Source of the DNA: the human T2T-CHM13v2.0 reference genome, Homo sapiens
Length of the DNA stretch: 64,000 nucleotides
Strand: one strand, 5' to 3'
NCBI RefSeq assembly: GCF_009914755.1
Contig: NC_060948.1
Below, one piece after another: positions 40,525-54,900 of the stretch. Each line of letters begins with the position of its first letter. Position 1 is the first letter of the stretch. Below the pieces are notes generated by a model. It was not told where the DNA came from. It searched no databases and worked only from the letters and a program-made list of their open reading frames with translations. A program made the translations under genes and the position numbers.

Positions 40525-40996
40525 ATGCTGTGAGCTGCACTCCCCACCAGCCTGTTCCTGGGGTCTCAGGTGAATCTGCCCTAGAGTCTGGCTTTCTGGA
40601 GAGCAGGTGAGTGGGGAAAAGCCAGGTCAGTGAACCTCTCTCCTTAGCGAGGGCAGCTGCTGCCCAATGCGTGTTCTTGCCATGCACCACGGCATCATCC
40701 TGACCCAGATGTCAGCCACCCTCTCTCACATCCATTTAGAGAGAATCTCCATCTTGTGCCAAGAGACTGCCCATGCAGACGAAAAAATATTTTGCATCCA
40801 AACATATCTTAAGCACTGATTTGAACCTCAATACTTCACACAGATGCCTTTGTCCAGGGCGTGTGGGCCTGGCTCAACAGCAGGGGAAGTGGAGCCAATT
40901 ACATCAGTGTCAGTGGACTGAGAAATACTCCAGGGAGTAGTTCTCATGCACGACTACCAGTGGCCAGACCAAGGTAGTGCAGCCTGTGCACAAACC
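40525..40996 (+). pseudogene. Highly degenerate V-kappa relic, divergent from the IGKV1 orphon
   Basis: From 40691: GIILTQMSATLSHIHLERISILC (Cys at position 23); TGC at the Trp35 position; FR3-like GVWAWLNSRGSGANY; CDR3-like MHDYQWP; nonamer-like GCACAAACC 40988-40996; leader-like exon ending cag|gtgaat at 40569. Confidence 0.7.
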
Positions 40997-41224
40997 TCCT
41001 GCTGCTTTTCCAGAGGACTAGATTTCTGGGAAATGGCTACTGAACAGGCTGCCAGGATCCATATATCCAGATTCAGAAAGACACATGTCTGAATTCAAAT
41101 GCGCTTTTTCTTTGTGCATAATTTTAGCAGTCATTGTTACTACGCCTTGGGGATTCTAGTCATTATACTTCAGCTGACTCTCTATGGCCCTTTCTCCCCT
41201 TCACTGCTCTATCTGAACCTGGGG

Positions 41225-41551
41225 AAGCAGCTCAGGCTGCAAATGAGGCAGACCTCATGGCCTGGAATTAGCATCCCCTAGGATGGCTGTCAATCAGTGA
41301 TGACAAGGGAGGGGTACACATCCCCCAGCTCCCTCACCTCTCAGGTGGAATAACAGAGTCATTTTTCCTGTATTTCTATGTGGGCTTGAGCTCTCATCAT
41401 CCTCATAGGTGGCTCCTTCTGAGGCACCTTTCATTTTCCCTTTCCCTCCTCCCCTCCCTTGCTCACTTGCTTGTTTCCCACGCTTTGTAAATATACTGCC
41501 TGCATGCGAATATTTGGCATCCTTCTCACTGAGGGGATCCAACCTAATGCA
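41225..41551 (+). mobile_element. LTR16-like ERVL LTR
   Basis: cccagctccctcacctctcaggtggaataac; terminal gggatccaacctaatgca. Confidence 0.55.
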
Positions 41552-41919
41552 TTGGAAAAATCCTCATTTTTGGAGGGCATCGTTTGTTTGAATTATTGCC
41601 ACTTCTCAAGTTTTAATGCATAGGGAAATTCCAAAAATTTAGGAAATCTTTAAATTCCCTTTGCCAATCTTTCTTAGATTTGATTTTAGCAGAGATTCAT
41701 TTTCTCTAGGTCACAAAATCACAGAAGCCTTCCACAAATGGCTACACAACATAGAGTCCACATAGAGCAGAGACTCAGAATCTCCCCAGGATTTGACATC
41801 CACACATCAGACAGTCCTAGAGTCTCAGGTTTTTTCTAGGTCAATTGCCTCATAAATCTGCCTTGTGATATTTTTATTCTGCCTTAGGGGAAGACCATTG
41901 TGTGAATGATGAGAGTTGT

Positions 41920-42381
41920 TTGTGCAATGAATAATACACCCACTAAAGACATCACTGTCCTAATATCTGAAATCTATCATCATTACTTATTAATATGTCA
42001 AAAATAACTTGGCAGACATGGTTGAGAATTTTGGGGTTAGGAGAGTAACCTGAATTATCTAGGTGAGACCATCATAATCACAAGTGTCCTTAAAATAGGG
42101 AGGGAGGAAGGTAACAGCCAAAAAGGACCTGGGACAATGGACATGGAAACTGGAGTGATGGAGGAAGGAGCCATGCTGCTAGGAATGTGGGAACATCAGA
42201 AGGGTGGAATGCTCGATATTAGATTCTCTCTCTTGAAGTCTACAATGAATAGAGCCCTATTACTCCTTGATTTTACTTCATTGAGACTTCTGACCTCCAG
42301 AAATGTAAGATAATGCACTTGTGTTATGTGGAGCAGTAAGGTTGTGGTAATTTGTTTCAGCAGCAACAGGAAACCAATGCA
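41920..42381 (+). mobile_element. MLT1 MaLR LTR
   Basis: gacttctgacctccagaaatgtaagataat...cagcagcaacaggaaaccaatgca. Confidence 0.72.
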
Positions 42382-42682
42382 AGGGGAAGGGGTGTGTTTT
42401 ACTTCCCTAGTGTATCACTGTCCTCTGTTCTCCCAAATAGTTCTGTGTTTTTGTGTTTGCTGTCAATTTCAACAAGAGACAGAAAACATTTTTCTATGAG
42501 GAGAGCTAGCACCACAATTCTTCTTATGTAGAAAGTGTCCTGAGTAATTCTCTGGGTTAGGTCTTGTACAATCTCGGTATCTGAGAGCCTGGAGGTCATC
42601 CCTCACAGCACATGAGAAGAGGAAGGAGATGCGGGTTTGCTGTTTTAACATTTGTGGGGCAAACTAGATGTACAAGACCCAT

Positions 42683-42714
<32 letters not shown>

Positions 42715-43075
42715 TTATTATTATTATTATTGTTGTTGTTCTTTAAGTTCTAGGGTACATGTGCACAACGTGCAGGTTTGTTACATATGTATACAGGTGC
42801 CATGTTGGTGTGCTGCACCCATTAACTCGTCATTTACATTAGGTATACCTCCTAATGCTATCCCTCCCCCCTCCACCCACCCCACAACAGGCCCTGGTGT
42901 GTGATGTTCCCCTTCCTGTGTCCATATGTTCTCATTGTTCATTTCCCACCTGTGAGTGAGAACATGCAGTGATTGTTTTTTTTTTTGTCTTTGCGATAGT
43001 TTACTGAGAATGATGGTTTCCAGCTTCATCCATGTCCCTACAAAGGACATGAACTCATCCTTTTTTATGGTTGCA
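42683..43075 (-). mobile_element. L1PA 3' end with (TTC)n(TTA)n(TTG)n tail
   Basis: agggtacatgtgcacaacgtgcaggtttgttacata...catgtccctacaaaggacatgaactcatc. Confidence 0.92.
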
Positions 43076-43860
43076 AGCGAGAACTGAGTCAGAGAGATGG
43101 GGATGGCAGAGGAGATAAAATGTGGTCAGGGCCGTGTAAGATGTGACCCTGCTGCCATATCTGAAAGAAAGGCTGTTGGTGTTTGTAAAGGCTTTGGGCA
43201 AATTGTGCTTTGTAGACAAAACTGTAGAAGGGTCTGGGTTTAAGCTTAGTGTCAGCGTGATGAGGACTAGAGGTCGCAGTTAGCTTGTGTTAAGAAATCC
43301 ACCCTGCACTTCTGGCTTTGTCTCTTTTCTGGTTTTATAGGTGATGGGTTCCTCTATGGAATGAACGTGGCTATGTGGAAGGAACATAGTTAAGGTCAGA
43401 CAGACCTAGACTCCAAGTTCAGCTTCAACAACTGCTGACCAAGTGACTTTTATGCAAATCAGCCATGTGCTGTCATGAACAGTTTCCTCATGTGTGAAAT
43501 GGGGCACTGAGGATGTGAAGGGGTGTCCTAAGGGTTCCTCCAGCTGATGCACCATGAAGTGTACATACATGTATAGACAGACACACATATATGAGAAGCG
43601 TATCTAGTGCCCCTTTTATGCATTCTTGAGTAACTCAGAATGTTATGTGAGATATTCACAGTCATATGTCATTTTCAACTAAAATTATCAATATTTATCT
43701 TATAACTAACAGATGCTTCTCTGTACACTGTAGGTTTCATGTACATTTCTTCAATCACAAAATTTTTCACCAATCTATTTATGTCTAATATCAGAAAGTT
43801 AAGCAAGGAGATTGTAAACCAACACAATACTTTTAGTCTGGATTTTCCCGGAGCCCCATT

Positions 43861-44330
43861 TGTGTTAGTGTCCTCGGGCTACTGTAGAAAGTTCTCAAAA
43901 ACGTGGTAGCTTCAAACAACAGGAATAGAATCTCTCATAGTTCAGAAGTCCAGATCAGTTTCACTGGGCTAAGATCTTGGAGTCATCAGTTCTGGCTCCT
44001 TCTGAAGCTCTAGGGAGCAGTCTGATTTAGCTCTTCCAGCTTCTGGTGGCTTCTCCCTCCCAGGATGTGGACACATCACTGCAATCTCTGTCTCTGTGTT
44101 CACATTGCCTTCTCCACTTCAGTCTATGCTAAATGTCTCTCTACCTCTTGTTTTTTTTAGGACACGTGAGTTTCCATTTAAGTCCCAGTTGATTAATCTA
44201 AGACCATCTCCCTGTTTCAAGCTCCTTAATTTACACCTGCAAAAGCTGTTTTCCCAAATGAGATACATGCATAGTCTTCTTGGAATGAAACTTCACTATT
44301 TGGGGATGATACTCAGTACTACACCATTAC
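43861..44330 (-). mobile_element. MLT1 MaLR LTR, antisense
   Basis: tgtgttagtgtcctcgggctactgta...ccttaatttacacctgcaaa. Confidence 0.65.
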
Positions 44331-44467
44331 ATAACCAGGTCTCAGTGTTAGTCCTGTACATACATCATAATCTCTCTCTCTCTCTCTCTCTCTCTCCACA
44401 CACCCTGGCTTCCTCCTTTTCTCAATGTCATAAATCTCTTCAATTCCTTAAGTGTATCCAGTGACAC

Positions 44468-45316
44468 CTATAAACAAATAAGTATCTGAGAAAAGTCTCA
44501 ATCAGTTTAGAAATTTATTTGGTCAAAGTTAAAGAAATATCAGTGAAACAGCCTCAGGAGGTCTTGAGAACGTGTCAAAGGTCGTCGGGCTACAGGTTGG
44601 TTTTACACGTTTTAGGGAGACATAAGATATCAATCAATACGTGTAAGCTGTACATTGCTTTGATATGGAAAGACAGGACAGCCCGAAGGAGGGGGGATGT
44701 TGGGGACTTCCAGGTCATAGGTGGATTCAAAGATTTCATAGGTGTTTGAAAGAGTTTATCTAATGACCTGTAATCAACACAAGGGAGTTTCTGGGTTTCG
44801 AAAAAGGGTTTTGGAGCCAAGGTTGCATCGTGCAGATGAAGCTTCCAGGTAGCAGGCTTCAGAGAGAATAGATTGTAATTGTTTCTTAGTAGACTTAAAA
44901 GGTGCCAAACTCTTAGTTAAATCTCTCTGGGTCAGGAAAGAGACTTAAAAAGTAATCTCTACAGAATGTAGATTTTTCCCACAAGAACCAGCTTTGCAGA
45001 GACATTTTAAAATACATTAAATAACAATATCTTGGGGAAAATACTTTTATTTCTCTTAGGACGTGGTATCTCTCACATTGGTATCTTATTGCTATAAAGA
45101 GTTTTCTTTGTCAGTCTCAAGGTCTCTGTCTTCTTATTAAAAGCTGGTCAGTTGTGCCTGAATTTTAAAGGGAAGAGGGCAAGTTAAGGCATATCCAATC
45201 ATCCGTTCCGATCATGGACTGCATTGCATTTCAGGTTGATTTTGGTGTGTCCTTGGCTGAGAGGAGGAGCTCATTCAGTTGGTTAGGGAGCTTAGAGTTT
45301 CATTTTTGGTTTACAC
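44468..45316 (-). mobile_element. MER4-group ERV1 LTR
   Basis: gtctcaatcagtttagaaatttattt, ttttagggagacataagatatcaatcaatac, terminal tttttggtttaca. Confidence 0.8.
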
Positions 45317-46924
45317 ACCTGTGTCCAGGTAAGAGGGTCCCACACAGGAAGGCATGCTCAGAACCTGGCTTGCAGGGCTGCTTACAGACCTTCTATGTCT
45401 CCTGTTGTCATGCACAAGGAAGGACACAGCCAATGACAACCCTCAGCCATCCGGGGAGAAGCTGTGTCTGCAGAGAACGGTCATGAGCTCTGAATCTAGA
45501 GACCTGTGATTGTCTTCAGGGGCCTGTGGTCCTTAGCCTTCATAGGAGTTGTGAGGGCACTGGCTCAAATAGCATCCACCAGGATTCCAATCAGAATATC
45601 TCATTCACAGAAGGCAGTGGGTGATATGACAGCACAGAGGGACTCTGTGGGGCCAGCTGCATGGAGCACTCTGGGAGAGTCACTGGCACCCGTGCTAGAC
45701 AGAGCTTCATTCAACTTCTGGAGCACACGGATTTAGATTTCTTTACATCATTTTGAAAGACCATTTATAATTCTGAAGGAAACCACTGTAATTAACTAAG
45801 GTAACATCTTTAATAGGCAGAAAGAAAAAAGTGATTATTTTATTGCCAAGATGATTACAAGAAAAGAAACAAACAAAAATAGCATGAAGAAAAGAGCAAC
45901 ACTAGACTGAGGGCTTTGGGTAAGAGGTTGAGACTTAGTAGTGAATGCCCTGGGCCATCTTCTGTCAAAAGGGAGGGACAATCAACAAAGGGAAATATGC
46001 AGTAGAGGCAAAATCTTGATTAGTAAGAGAATCCTAAGAGAAAACAAGAAGTCATCTTCCTGAGCATCATGTTGGTGTCGGGAAAATGCACATAATCCCC
46101 CCATTGCATGTCTTACATTTTTCAGCAATTAGGGCTCAGCATGAATTTAGAAGACACCATTCACTTCAGAGCAGATGGGGACACAGTCAAGGCAGCGGTG
46201 AGAGGCAAGGCTGGGCTTTCAGTCTCAGAGCACAGAGCAGGTTCCCCACTACTCCGCACCCTGGTGTCTCCTCCCAGATGTTCCAGATGTTCCACCTCAT
46301 TCTTGCCTTAAGGGCTCCAAGTTGTTAATGGGACAGTAGTCCTCTTCCTTTCCCAGGGTTTCTAAGAATTTGGCTCTCTTTTGTGTATTGTGGGGTTTGT
46401 TTGCCATCTAGAGGCAGGTTTTTGGCATAGCAACTTACAGGCTTTTTCTACTTGTGATAGCGAAAATAAATACATAAATAAATTCATCATAAATAATAAA
46501 TTGACTTAATGCATTGAATCTGTAAAAAAAAAATAAGGTCAGTTTGAGAGCTTAAAAGGAGCCTGATGAGGTTAAAAAGACAAATTACCTTTAGTAAAGA
46601 ACAGATGGAGCAATAGATGATTCTTTCTTTAATCAATTACATTTTAGGAGTAATTATCAAATGGTAAATAAAACTTGAAATAAGCTGATGAAATATAATT
46701 TTATATGCAAAAAATATTTCCATAAACCATACAAATACATTTTCAGATTAAAACAAACAAAAAATGTGGGTTTATCATCAGATCCGCTAAATGGAAGATT
46801 TCTCAAATGTGTGCTTGGAGCAAAAATAACACTTATCCCTATTTGAAAGTTCAAGATTTTTGAGCTTTAGAAGAAAACAGCTTTCCCTTCACTCTGTTCC
46901 ACTCACGCTTCTGAGGATGACCAT

Positions 46925-47050
46925 GGGGCAAAAAGCCACGGCGGCGGGGTGCAAAAAGCCGTGGAGATGGGGGGCAAAAAGCCGCGACTTCAGGGGGCAA
47001 AAAGCCGTGGCGGCGTGGGGGCAAAAAGCCGCGGAGGCGGAGGGCAAAAT
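46925..47050 (+). repeat. GC-rich GGGCAAAAAGCCG repeat (~6 units of ~22 bp)
   Basis: ggggcaaaaagcc(a/g)(c/t)gg units; a repeat class known from pericentromeric duplicon junctions. Confidence 0.88.
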
Positions 47051-50000
47051 AGTGGAGATGGGGTAGAAGGCCGGCACAGCTTGGCATTGCTGGAGTCTGA
47101 TGTGATAGGAAATGTGCAGCCAAAGACAAAAAAAGATGTAAGTAGGCTTGACTCATTGCAGCTAAGAACCCAGATGTTACCTTGAGGGTATTAACTTATA
47201 AGCAGTTTAAATCAGAATTGCACATTCTGATTTGTTTTTTGTATGTTCACATTTGGCAGGCATAGATACGTTTGAAGAGAGAAAAGTCAGAAGATAGAGG
47301 TAACAAACTTAATTATGTGCCAAGTCTAGAAACAAGAGACCAGGGGGATAAGGACCTTTCAAAATAAAATGCAAGATTTGAAAACTGATTGTCTGGGGGA
47401 TGAGGAAAAGTCAGCTCTTTAAGGTCAATCCTTGTTTTGCTTTAAGTTGTTAGGGGGTGGTTTTATCACATATTGTAGAATATGTCATTTCAGTTTTGAA
47501 CATCTTGAGTTAAATTGTCCTAACATATCTTATGAATTTGATTTTCTTCCCTGGGAAGCTAATATTTCAAAATCTTAAGGAGGATAGATTTCCAACTGAT
47601 ATCCAATTTATAAAACTATCTCTAGGCTGCTGATTTTAGGAGGAAGCTCATGAATATTCTCTTTGCAGAGAATATATCAGGAGTTAACAACAGCTTCAAT
47701 ATTTGTGGACGACCAGTTAACTAAGCCACCTCTTAGTGTATTTAGATGGGAAATCTTAGCCGAAGATATTCAATAATGAACCAACAGTGACTAAAATTTC
47801 AATATTGAAGTATATTTCATTGTAATTAATTTGAATTGAAGAAGCCTATACAGCTAGTATTTACTACATTGAAGAATGCAAATAAGAGGAAAAAATTAAT
47901 AACCATCTCTAATACCACATGCCAAAATCCTCATCAATTTATTCTAGCTAAAGGAGTTGATCAGAAGCAGCAGTTGAAAGCACCAACTAAACCAGCTGGG
48001 GTTAGTTCACTGTCATTCTCTCAGAACCATCTCTTCTCTGAACAAAACAAGTACAAAATTTCATTGTGAATCTGCATTCTCCTTGCCTATTTTAAGGTTT
48101 TGATGTTGACACTAATTTGTGAAATCCCTCCTGTGGTGTGATATTTCGTTTTCCTTGCTTTCTGTTAGGACAAGAATGCTTCAGCTCTTAATTTAAAATT
48201 ATGTTTCTCCCTCCTAGGTTGAGTGAACTTAGAATGCATTCTCTGACATATCCAAGTTTTTGTTAATATGAATTTGGGGAAAAAAGCATACTTAAGTAGC
48301 TAAGAGTTCTTATTCTAGGCTTGACCCTATGATTGACATCTTTTGAATTTCTAGTTGCATGGGCTGCTCTCTGACACTGGTTAGTGACCTGGAAGCTATA
48401 TTAATGTTAGGGGAGGTGGTGTATGAGCATTAGAGGTATCCTTGCAAGGAAAGACTTGTCTTATCTCAATACGTCTTTTTTTGCACACAAGAAAGTCAGT
48501 CTGAGTCATCTAAAATCTTCCTATTTCCAAGTTGCAGAGTACCATTGATTCCTAAACAAAGATCTAATTTTTGACTCAGAGACGTGACAAGGTAGTGAAT
48601 CACCATTATAATTTAACAATCTTCAAGATAAAATTATCTCTCTGATATTTAGATTTTGCCCAATTATTAAGATATTTCGGTGTTTCGCTAAGAATAGAAG
48701 ATTCTAGTCTCTTGAGCAGAGACTATAAAGGCCTCAGATGATCATTTTTAATTTTATGCTCTTTTCTTTAACACCTTCAACACAGTTGGAAGCAGCTAAT
48801 ATTCCCCAGAGTTGTTGTGTTTTTTAATGCAAATGCATGGTTCAGTGGTAGAAAACTGGGCTGATCCAAGCTGTTTTCAGTAAACACTTCATTTCAGGTG
48901 ACCTATTTCATATTAAATAATCTCTAGATCCTGTCTTCCAAACTAACTAGATCAGATAACCTGCCCTGGATTTTCTCCTTTTAGGGTCTGTGAGCTGCAG
49001 TCACTTTTGTGAAAATGATTGCAATGACAAGATAAAGTTGCAGATGGGGAAAATGTTTTGACTAATTTAAGCATAGTGGTATTTCATATGAGAATTTAAG
49101 TTACACACATGTGAAAATTATAATGGAGTCTATTGGCTGAACTTTAAAAAAATAGCGTTTATGCTAAAAAGGGAACTGCTGCCTCTCCTAAAATCAGAAA
49201 GTTGTTAACAGTAATTCTCCATTCTCTAGAATTATCAAGAAGCACCTTTGTGATGATTTACTTTTGCTCTTGGGAGTGTGAGCCCGTGTAGCCGTGGAAC
49301 CATCAATTAGAACGGTGGCTTTCTGATCCCAAAGTCATTCGTCCTGAAAACAATATTTTTCATAATTTTGAAAGTGAGAAGTTTTGAGCTTACCATTCCC
49401 AAGTAACTCTCTTAATAAGAGGTTTCAGCATGCTTCAGTGACAGCTGTCACCTTCCAGTGCTGAGAGTCATCTTTGAGTTCTCCATTTCACTCCCTACAC
49501 TCCAATTTAGCTGCAGTTCTCTTGGCCAGTCCTATGAAATACATCCATGGCCTAACGACTTCTCACCACTACTACCACTCATCCTGACAGCATTCTCACC
49601 TAAGTCATTACCTTTTTTCTCTGGATTAGAGTAACCTCCCAATTTATTTGCTCACATAACCTGTTTATTCTACACAGTGCACGAGATACACCCCTTTGAA
49701 ATGCAAACCCAATCATGTTATTCTCTGGTGAAATTATCTCATATATTCCTATCACATTTAAAATTAATTCAGAATAATCCCATGATTATCAAAACCGTAC
49801 ATGCTCTTCCACAACATGGTTTACTTCCAAGATGTCTCTTCAACTTTTTTTTCACTGTACTGAATAGGTGACTAATAGTCATATTTTTGTTTTTGCTCAA
49901 AAAGTCTTGACTTGTAAATTTTTCAGTTTCTCCTTTATCCACAGGTAACTCCTTCCTCATCAGGCGAATTGCTTGCTTACTTGAGTTCTGCTCTCAAAGA

Positions 50001-50749
50001 TACCCTTCATTTTCTACCTAATATTAATAACTTTAATCATTCATTATTCCATTACTATGCTCTATAGTGTATACAATTTCTGTTCTTTGTCATGTTATTA
50101 ACTAAATTATTTATTTGGTCCAGTAACGTATTCCATAAATACTGTACACATAAAAATTATGTTATTTTTATTGCTGTATGTTCAGCTGCCCAATAACAGT
50201 CTGAAGATTAACATATTTGTTAAATGCACAAATACATTCATTCACAAATATCAGTTTAATAATTTTATATTAAACTCCCTCTATAATTACAATATGAATT
50301 AGATAATTCAGAATAAATATTCCATTGGAAAAAACTAAACAATTTGTTATAAAACATCCTTAAAAGCATCAGAAATTTAATACAGCAATGAAGAATTACA
50401 GGACCAAATTTAGAATGGTATGGAAGCCTGTTTGTGAGGCTTATGTTTGGGTTATCTCTTTACTTAGAGTGACTATAAATCTCAAAAGAGAACTAAAGGG
50501 AGAAATAACCATATCAACTCACATGGTAAGGGTATTTAAACATCTCTTAGTAATTGAGATAATTGAAAGAAAAGAGAAAGCGAGAAGGAGAAACAGAGCA
50601 AAAGGGATAATGAAGGAGAGAGAAGAAGAGAAAGGAAGAGAAAGAAAAGTAAAAAGGAGGAGGAGGGGGAGGGAGGAAGAAAGAAAGGTGAAAAGAAAGA
50701 ATGCTAAAGTTTTCAACAACATAATTTATCCTTTTAGAATATGAATGTT

Positions 50750-51940
50750 GGTCTATTTGATAATGTCCCACAGATTCATTAGTCTCTGCTCATTTTTTAT
50801 CTGTTTCTCAGAGTCAATGTTTTCCATTTTCTTATCTTCAAGCTCACGTTTTCTTCTGTGTGTGCAAATATACTCTTAAATCCCTCTGGTGATTTTAAAA
50901 TTTTTATCGTTGTAGTTTTCCGCTCCAGAATTTCCGTTATTTCTGTTGATATTCCTACTTTTTAATATTTTTTTCTGATTGCTTGATTTCTTTGTTTATG
51001 TTTTCCTTTTTACATTTGAGTATAATTAAGAGAGTTGTTTTAAAGTATTTGTCTAGTAAGTTTAATGTCTGGGTTTCCTTATATATATTCTCTGTCAATT
51101 TGTTTTGTTCCTTTGAATGAGCCATACTTTCCCGTTCTTTGTATGCCTTGTACCTTTTTTTTGAAAACTGGACATTATAATAATTATAATTACTATGTGG
51201 TTACTCTGTAAATCAGAACCCCCCCCTACAAACACAGTAATGTTTTGTGGTTTTAAATTTTCTTTACTTATTATATGGTTAAGGATTTTTTTTTAGTGAA
51301 ATTTTCCAAAGTGATTTACAAAACAGTTTGCTTTATAAGGTGTGGTCACCAAAGTTTTTTTGCTTCCTTAACAAATGTTAAGCTAATGTTTTGGCAGTGA
51401 CTTTCTTGTATGTCAGGAACTAAGCAAACAGGGAAATACAACAAAAACAAAGAAAAACAAGTAGTCATTACCCAGCAAAATATATCTCTAGGCCATGCAG
51501 ACTGGCTTTGTCCTGGGTTCTTTAAAGCCGCCACAAAGTGTGTGTTCACTCTTGCACTGAGTGAAGTTCAAGTTGACTCTTGCACAGAGCTTGCACTGAG
51601 GGGAGGTATCAACCAAGGTAAAAGTGTAGGGTCTTCTTATGACATTTGTCAGCATGTGGCTTAACCTATGCATACATGTGACTTTCTAGACTCTCCCATG
51701 TACGTGAATGATTTTTAATGTCTTAATTTTCCAAATACTCTTCTCCAACTTTTCTTCCTGTGCTGAAGGTGATCTACTATATGTGTAAACTCTAATTTAT
51801 ACCCTAAGCATCCATGGTTTGTTAGGTCTCCTTTCAGAGTTTCTTAAAAATGTCCATTCCTTATGTGTTCCTTATTCTAGCAACACAGAAAAAAACAGCC
51901 TTTCATGAGTCCTTTAGATATCCCCCAGACCTGTCTGAAC
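50750..51940 (-). mobile_element. Old L1M 5'-region fragment
   Basis: ttcttatcttcaagctcac, ttttccgctccagaatttc, gttgttttaaagtatttgtctagta. Confidence 0.55.
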
Positions 51941-51946
51941 AGACAC

Positions 51947-54900
51947 TTGAGTCCATTCGATGATTCCACTCGATTCTATTTGATGATGATTGGATTCGAT
52001 TTCATTATATGATTGCATTCAATTCCATTGGATGATTCCATTCGATTAAATTAGATGATGATTCCATTTGATTCCATTCAATGATTCCATTCGATGATTC
52101 ATTTCGATTCCATTCGATGATTGAATTCGATTCCATTCGATGATTATTCCGTTCGATTCCATTCGATGATTCCATTTGATGCCATGCAATGTTTCCATTT
52201 GATTCCATTACATGATTCCATTCAATCATGATTCCATATGATTCCATTCGATGATTCCATTCGATTCCATTCTAAGATTTCATTCAATTCCATTCAATGA
52301 TTGTTCCATTCAATTATTTTCGATGATTCCGTTCGATTCTATTCAATGATGACTCCATTCGATTCTGTGCGATGATGATTGCGTTTGATTCCATTCGATG
52401 ATTCTTTTCGATTTCATTGGATGATGATTCCATTTGATGATTCCATTTGATTCCATTCGATGACGGTTCCATTTGATTCAATTTGATTTGTTCCATTAGA
52501 TTCCATTCGATGTTTCCTTTTGATACCATTTGATGATGATTCCATTTGATTCCATGTGATGATGATTCCATTCGATGCCATGCAATGATGATTCCATTCG
52601 ATTTAATTCCATGATTCCATTTGATGGTGATTCCATTCGATTCCATTGGATGACTCCATTTGATTCCATTGGATGATGATTCCATTCGATTCCATTCGAT
52701 GATTCCATTCGATTACATTGGATTATTCTGTTCAATGATGACGCCATTCGATTCCATTCGATGATTCCATTTGATTCCATTCGATGATTCCATTTGATTA
52801 TTATTCCATTCAATTCCATTGGATGATTCCATTCGATTCCAGTCAATGATTCCATTCAATTCCATTCGATGATGATTCCAGTAGAGTTCATTCGATGATT
52901 ACATTCGATTCCATTTGATGATTCCATTTGATTCCATTCAATGATGATTCCATTCGATTCCATTGGATGATAATTCCATTCTATGATGATTCCATTTGAT
53001 TCAATTCGATGATGATTCCATTCGATTCCATTCGATGATTCCATTCAATTCCATTCGATGATGATTCCATTTGATTCAAATCGATGATGATTCCATTCGT
53101 TTCCTTTCGAAGGTTCCATTCAATTCCATTCGATGATGATTCCACTTGATTCCATTCAATGATGATTCCATTTGACACCATTGGATGTCTCCATTCGATT
53201 CTATTTGATGATGATTCCATTCGATTCCATTCATTTATTCCATTTGATTCCATTTTATGATTCCATTTGATTCCATTCAATGATTCCATTCAATTACATG
53301 GGATGATACCATCCGATGATTCCATTCTATTCCATTCGATGATTCCATTTGATGATTATTCCATTCAATTCCATTTGATGATTCCATTTCCTTCCATGTG
53401 ATGATGTTTCCATTCGATTCTATTCCATGATTCCTTTCGATTCCATTCGAAGATGATTCCATTCAATTCAATTCGAAGATTCCATTCAATTCCAATATAT
53501 GTTTATTCCATTAGATTCATTTTGATGATTCCATTCGATTCCATTCGTTGATGCTTCCTTTTGATTCCATTCAATGATGATTGCATTTGATTCCATTCAA
53601 TGATTCCGTTCGATTCCATTCTATTATGATTCCATTTGATTCCATTCGATTATTGTATTCGATTATGTTCTATGATTCCATTCGCTTCCATTCAATGATG
53701 ATTCCATTTGATTCCATTCAATGATTCCATTTGATTCCATTCAGTGATGATTCCACTCGATTCCATTCGATGACTCCATTCGATTCCATTCGATGTTTAT
53801 TCCATTCGATTCCTTTTGATGATTCCATTCAATTCCATTCAATGATGATTCCATTTGATTCCATTCGATGATGATTCCATTCCATTCCTTTTGATGATTT
53901 TTATCAATTTCATTCAATCATGATTCCATTCAATGATTCAATTCAATTCCATTTGATGATGATTCCGTTAGGTTCCATTTGATTTATTCCATTAGATTCC
54001 ATTTGATGATTTGTTTCAATACCATTCAATGATGATTCCATTAGATTATTCCATTCAATTCCATGCGATAATGATTCTACTCAATTCCATTCAATGACTC
54101 CATTAGATTGCATTAGATGATGATTGCATTAATTCCATTTGATGATTCCATTAGATTCCATTCAATGATGATTCTATTTGATTCCATTTGATAATTCATT
54201 TCGATTCCCTTCGATGATGATTCCATTTGATTTCATTTGATGAATTCATTCGATTAAATTCGAGGATTCCATTCGATTCCATTCGATGATTATTCCATTC
54301 AATTCCATACTATTATGATTCCATTCAATGATGATTCCATTTGATTACATTCAATGATTCCATTTTATTCCATACGATGATGATTCCATTCGATTCCATT
54401 TCATGATTCTATTCGATTCCATTTGATAATAATTCCATTCAATTCCATTTGATGATACCTTTCAATTCCATTCTAGGATTTCATTTGATTCCATTTGATG
54501 ATTATTCCATTTGATTCCTTTCGAAGTTTCTATTCGATTCCACTCAATGATGATTCCATTTGATTCCATTCAATGATGATTGCATTCAATTCCATTCGAT
54601 GATTCTTTTCGATTTCATTCAATGATGATTCCATTCAATGATTCTATTTGATTCCATTCGAATATGATTCCATTCGATTCCATTCAATTTATTCCATTCG
54701 ATTCCATTTGATGGTTCCTTTTGATACTATTCAATGATGATTCCTTTCGATTCCATGTGATGATGATTCCTTTCGATTCTATGTGATGATGATTCCATTC
54801 GATTCCATTTGATGATTCCATTTGATTCCATGTGATGATGACTCAATTCGGTTCCATTGGACAATTCCATTTGATTCCATTCGATGATGATTCCATTCGA

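Noticed and set aside
46410-46445. GGTTTTTG as the RSS nonamer of a third V gene
   Set aside because: No heptamer at 12 or 23 spacing and no V framework nearby
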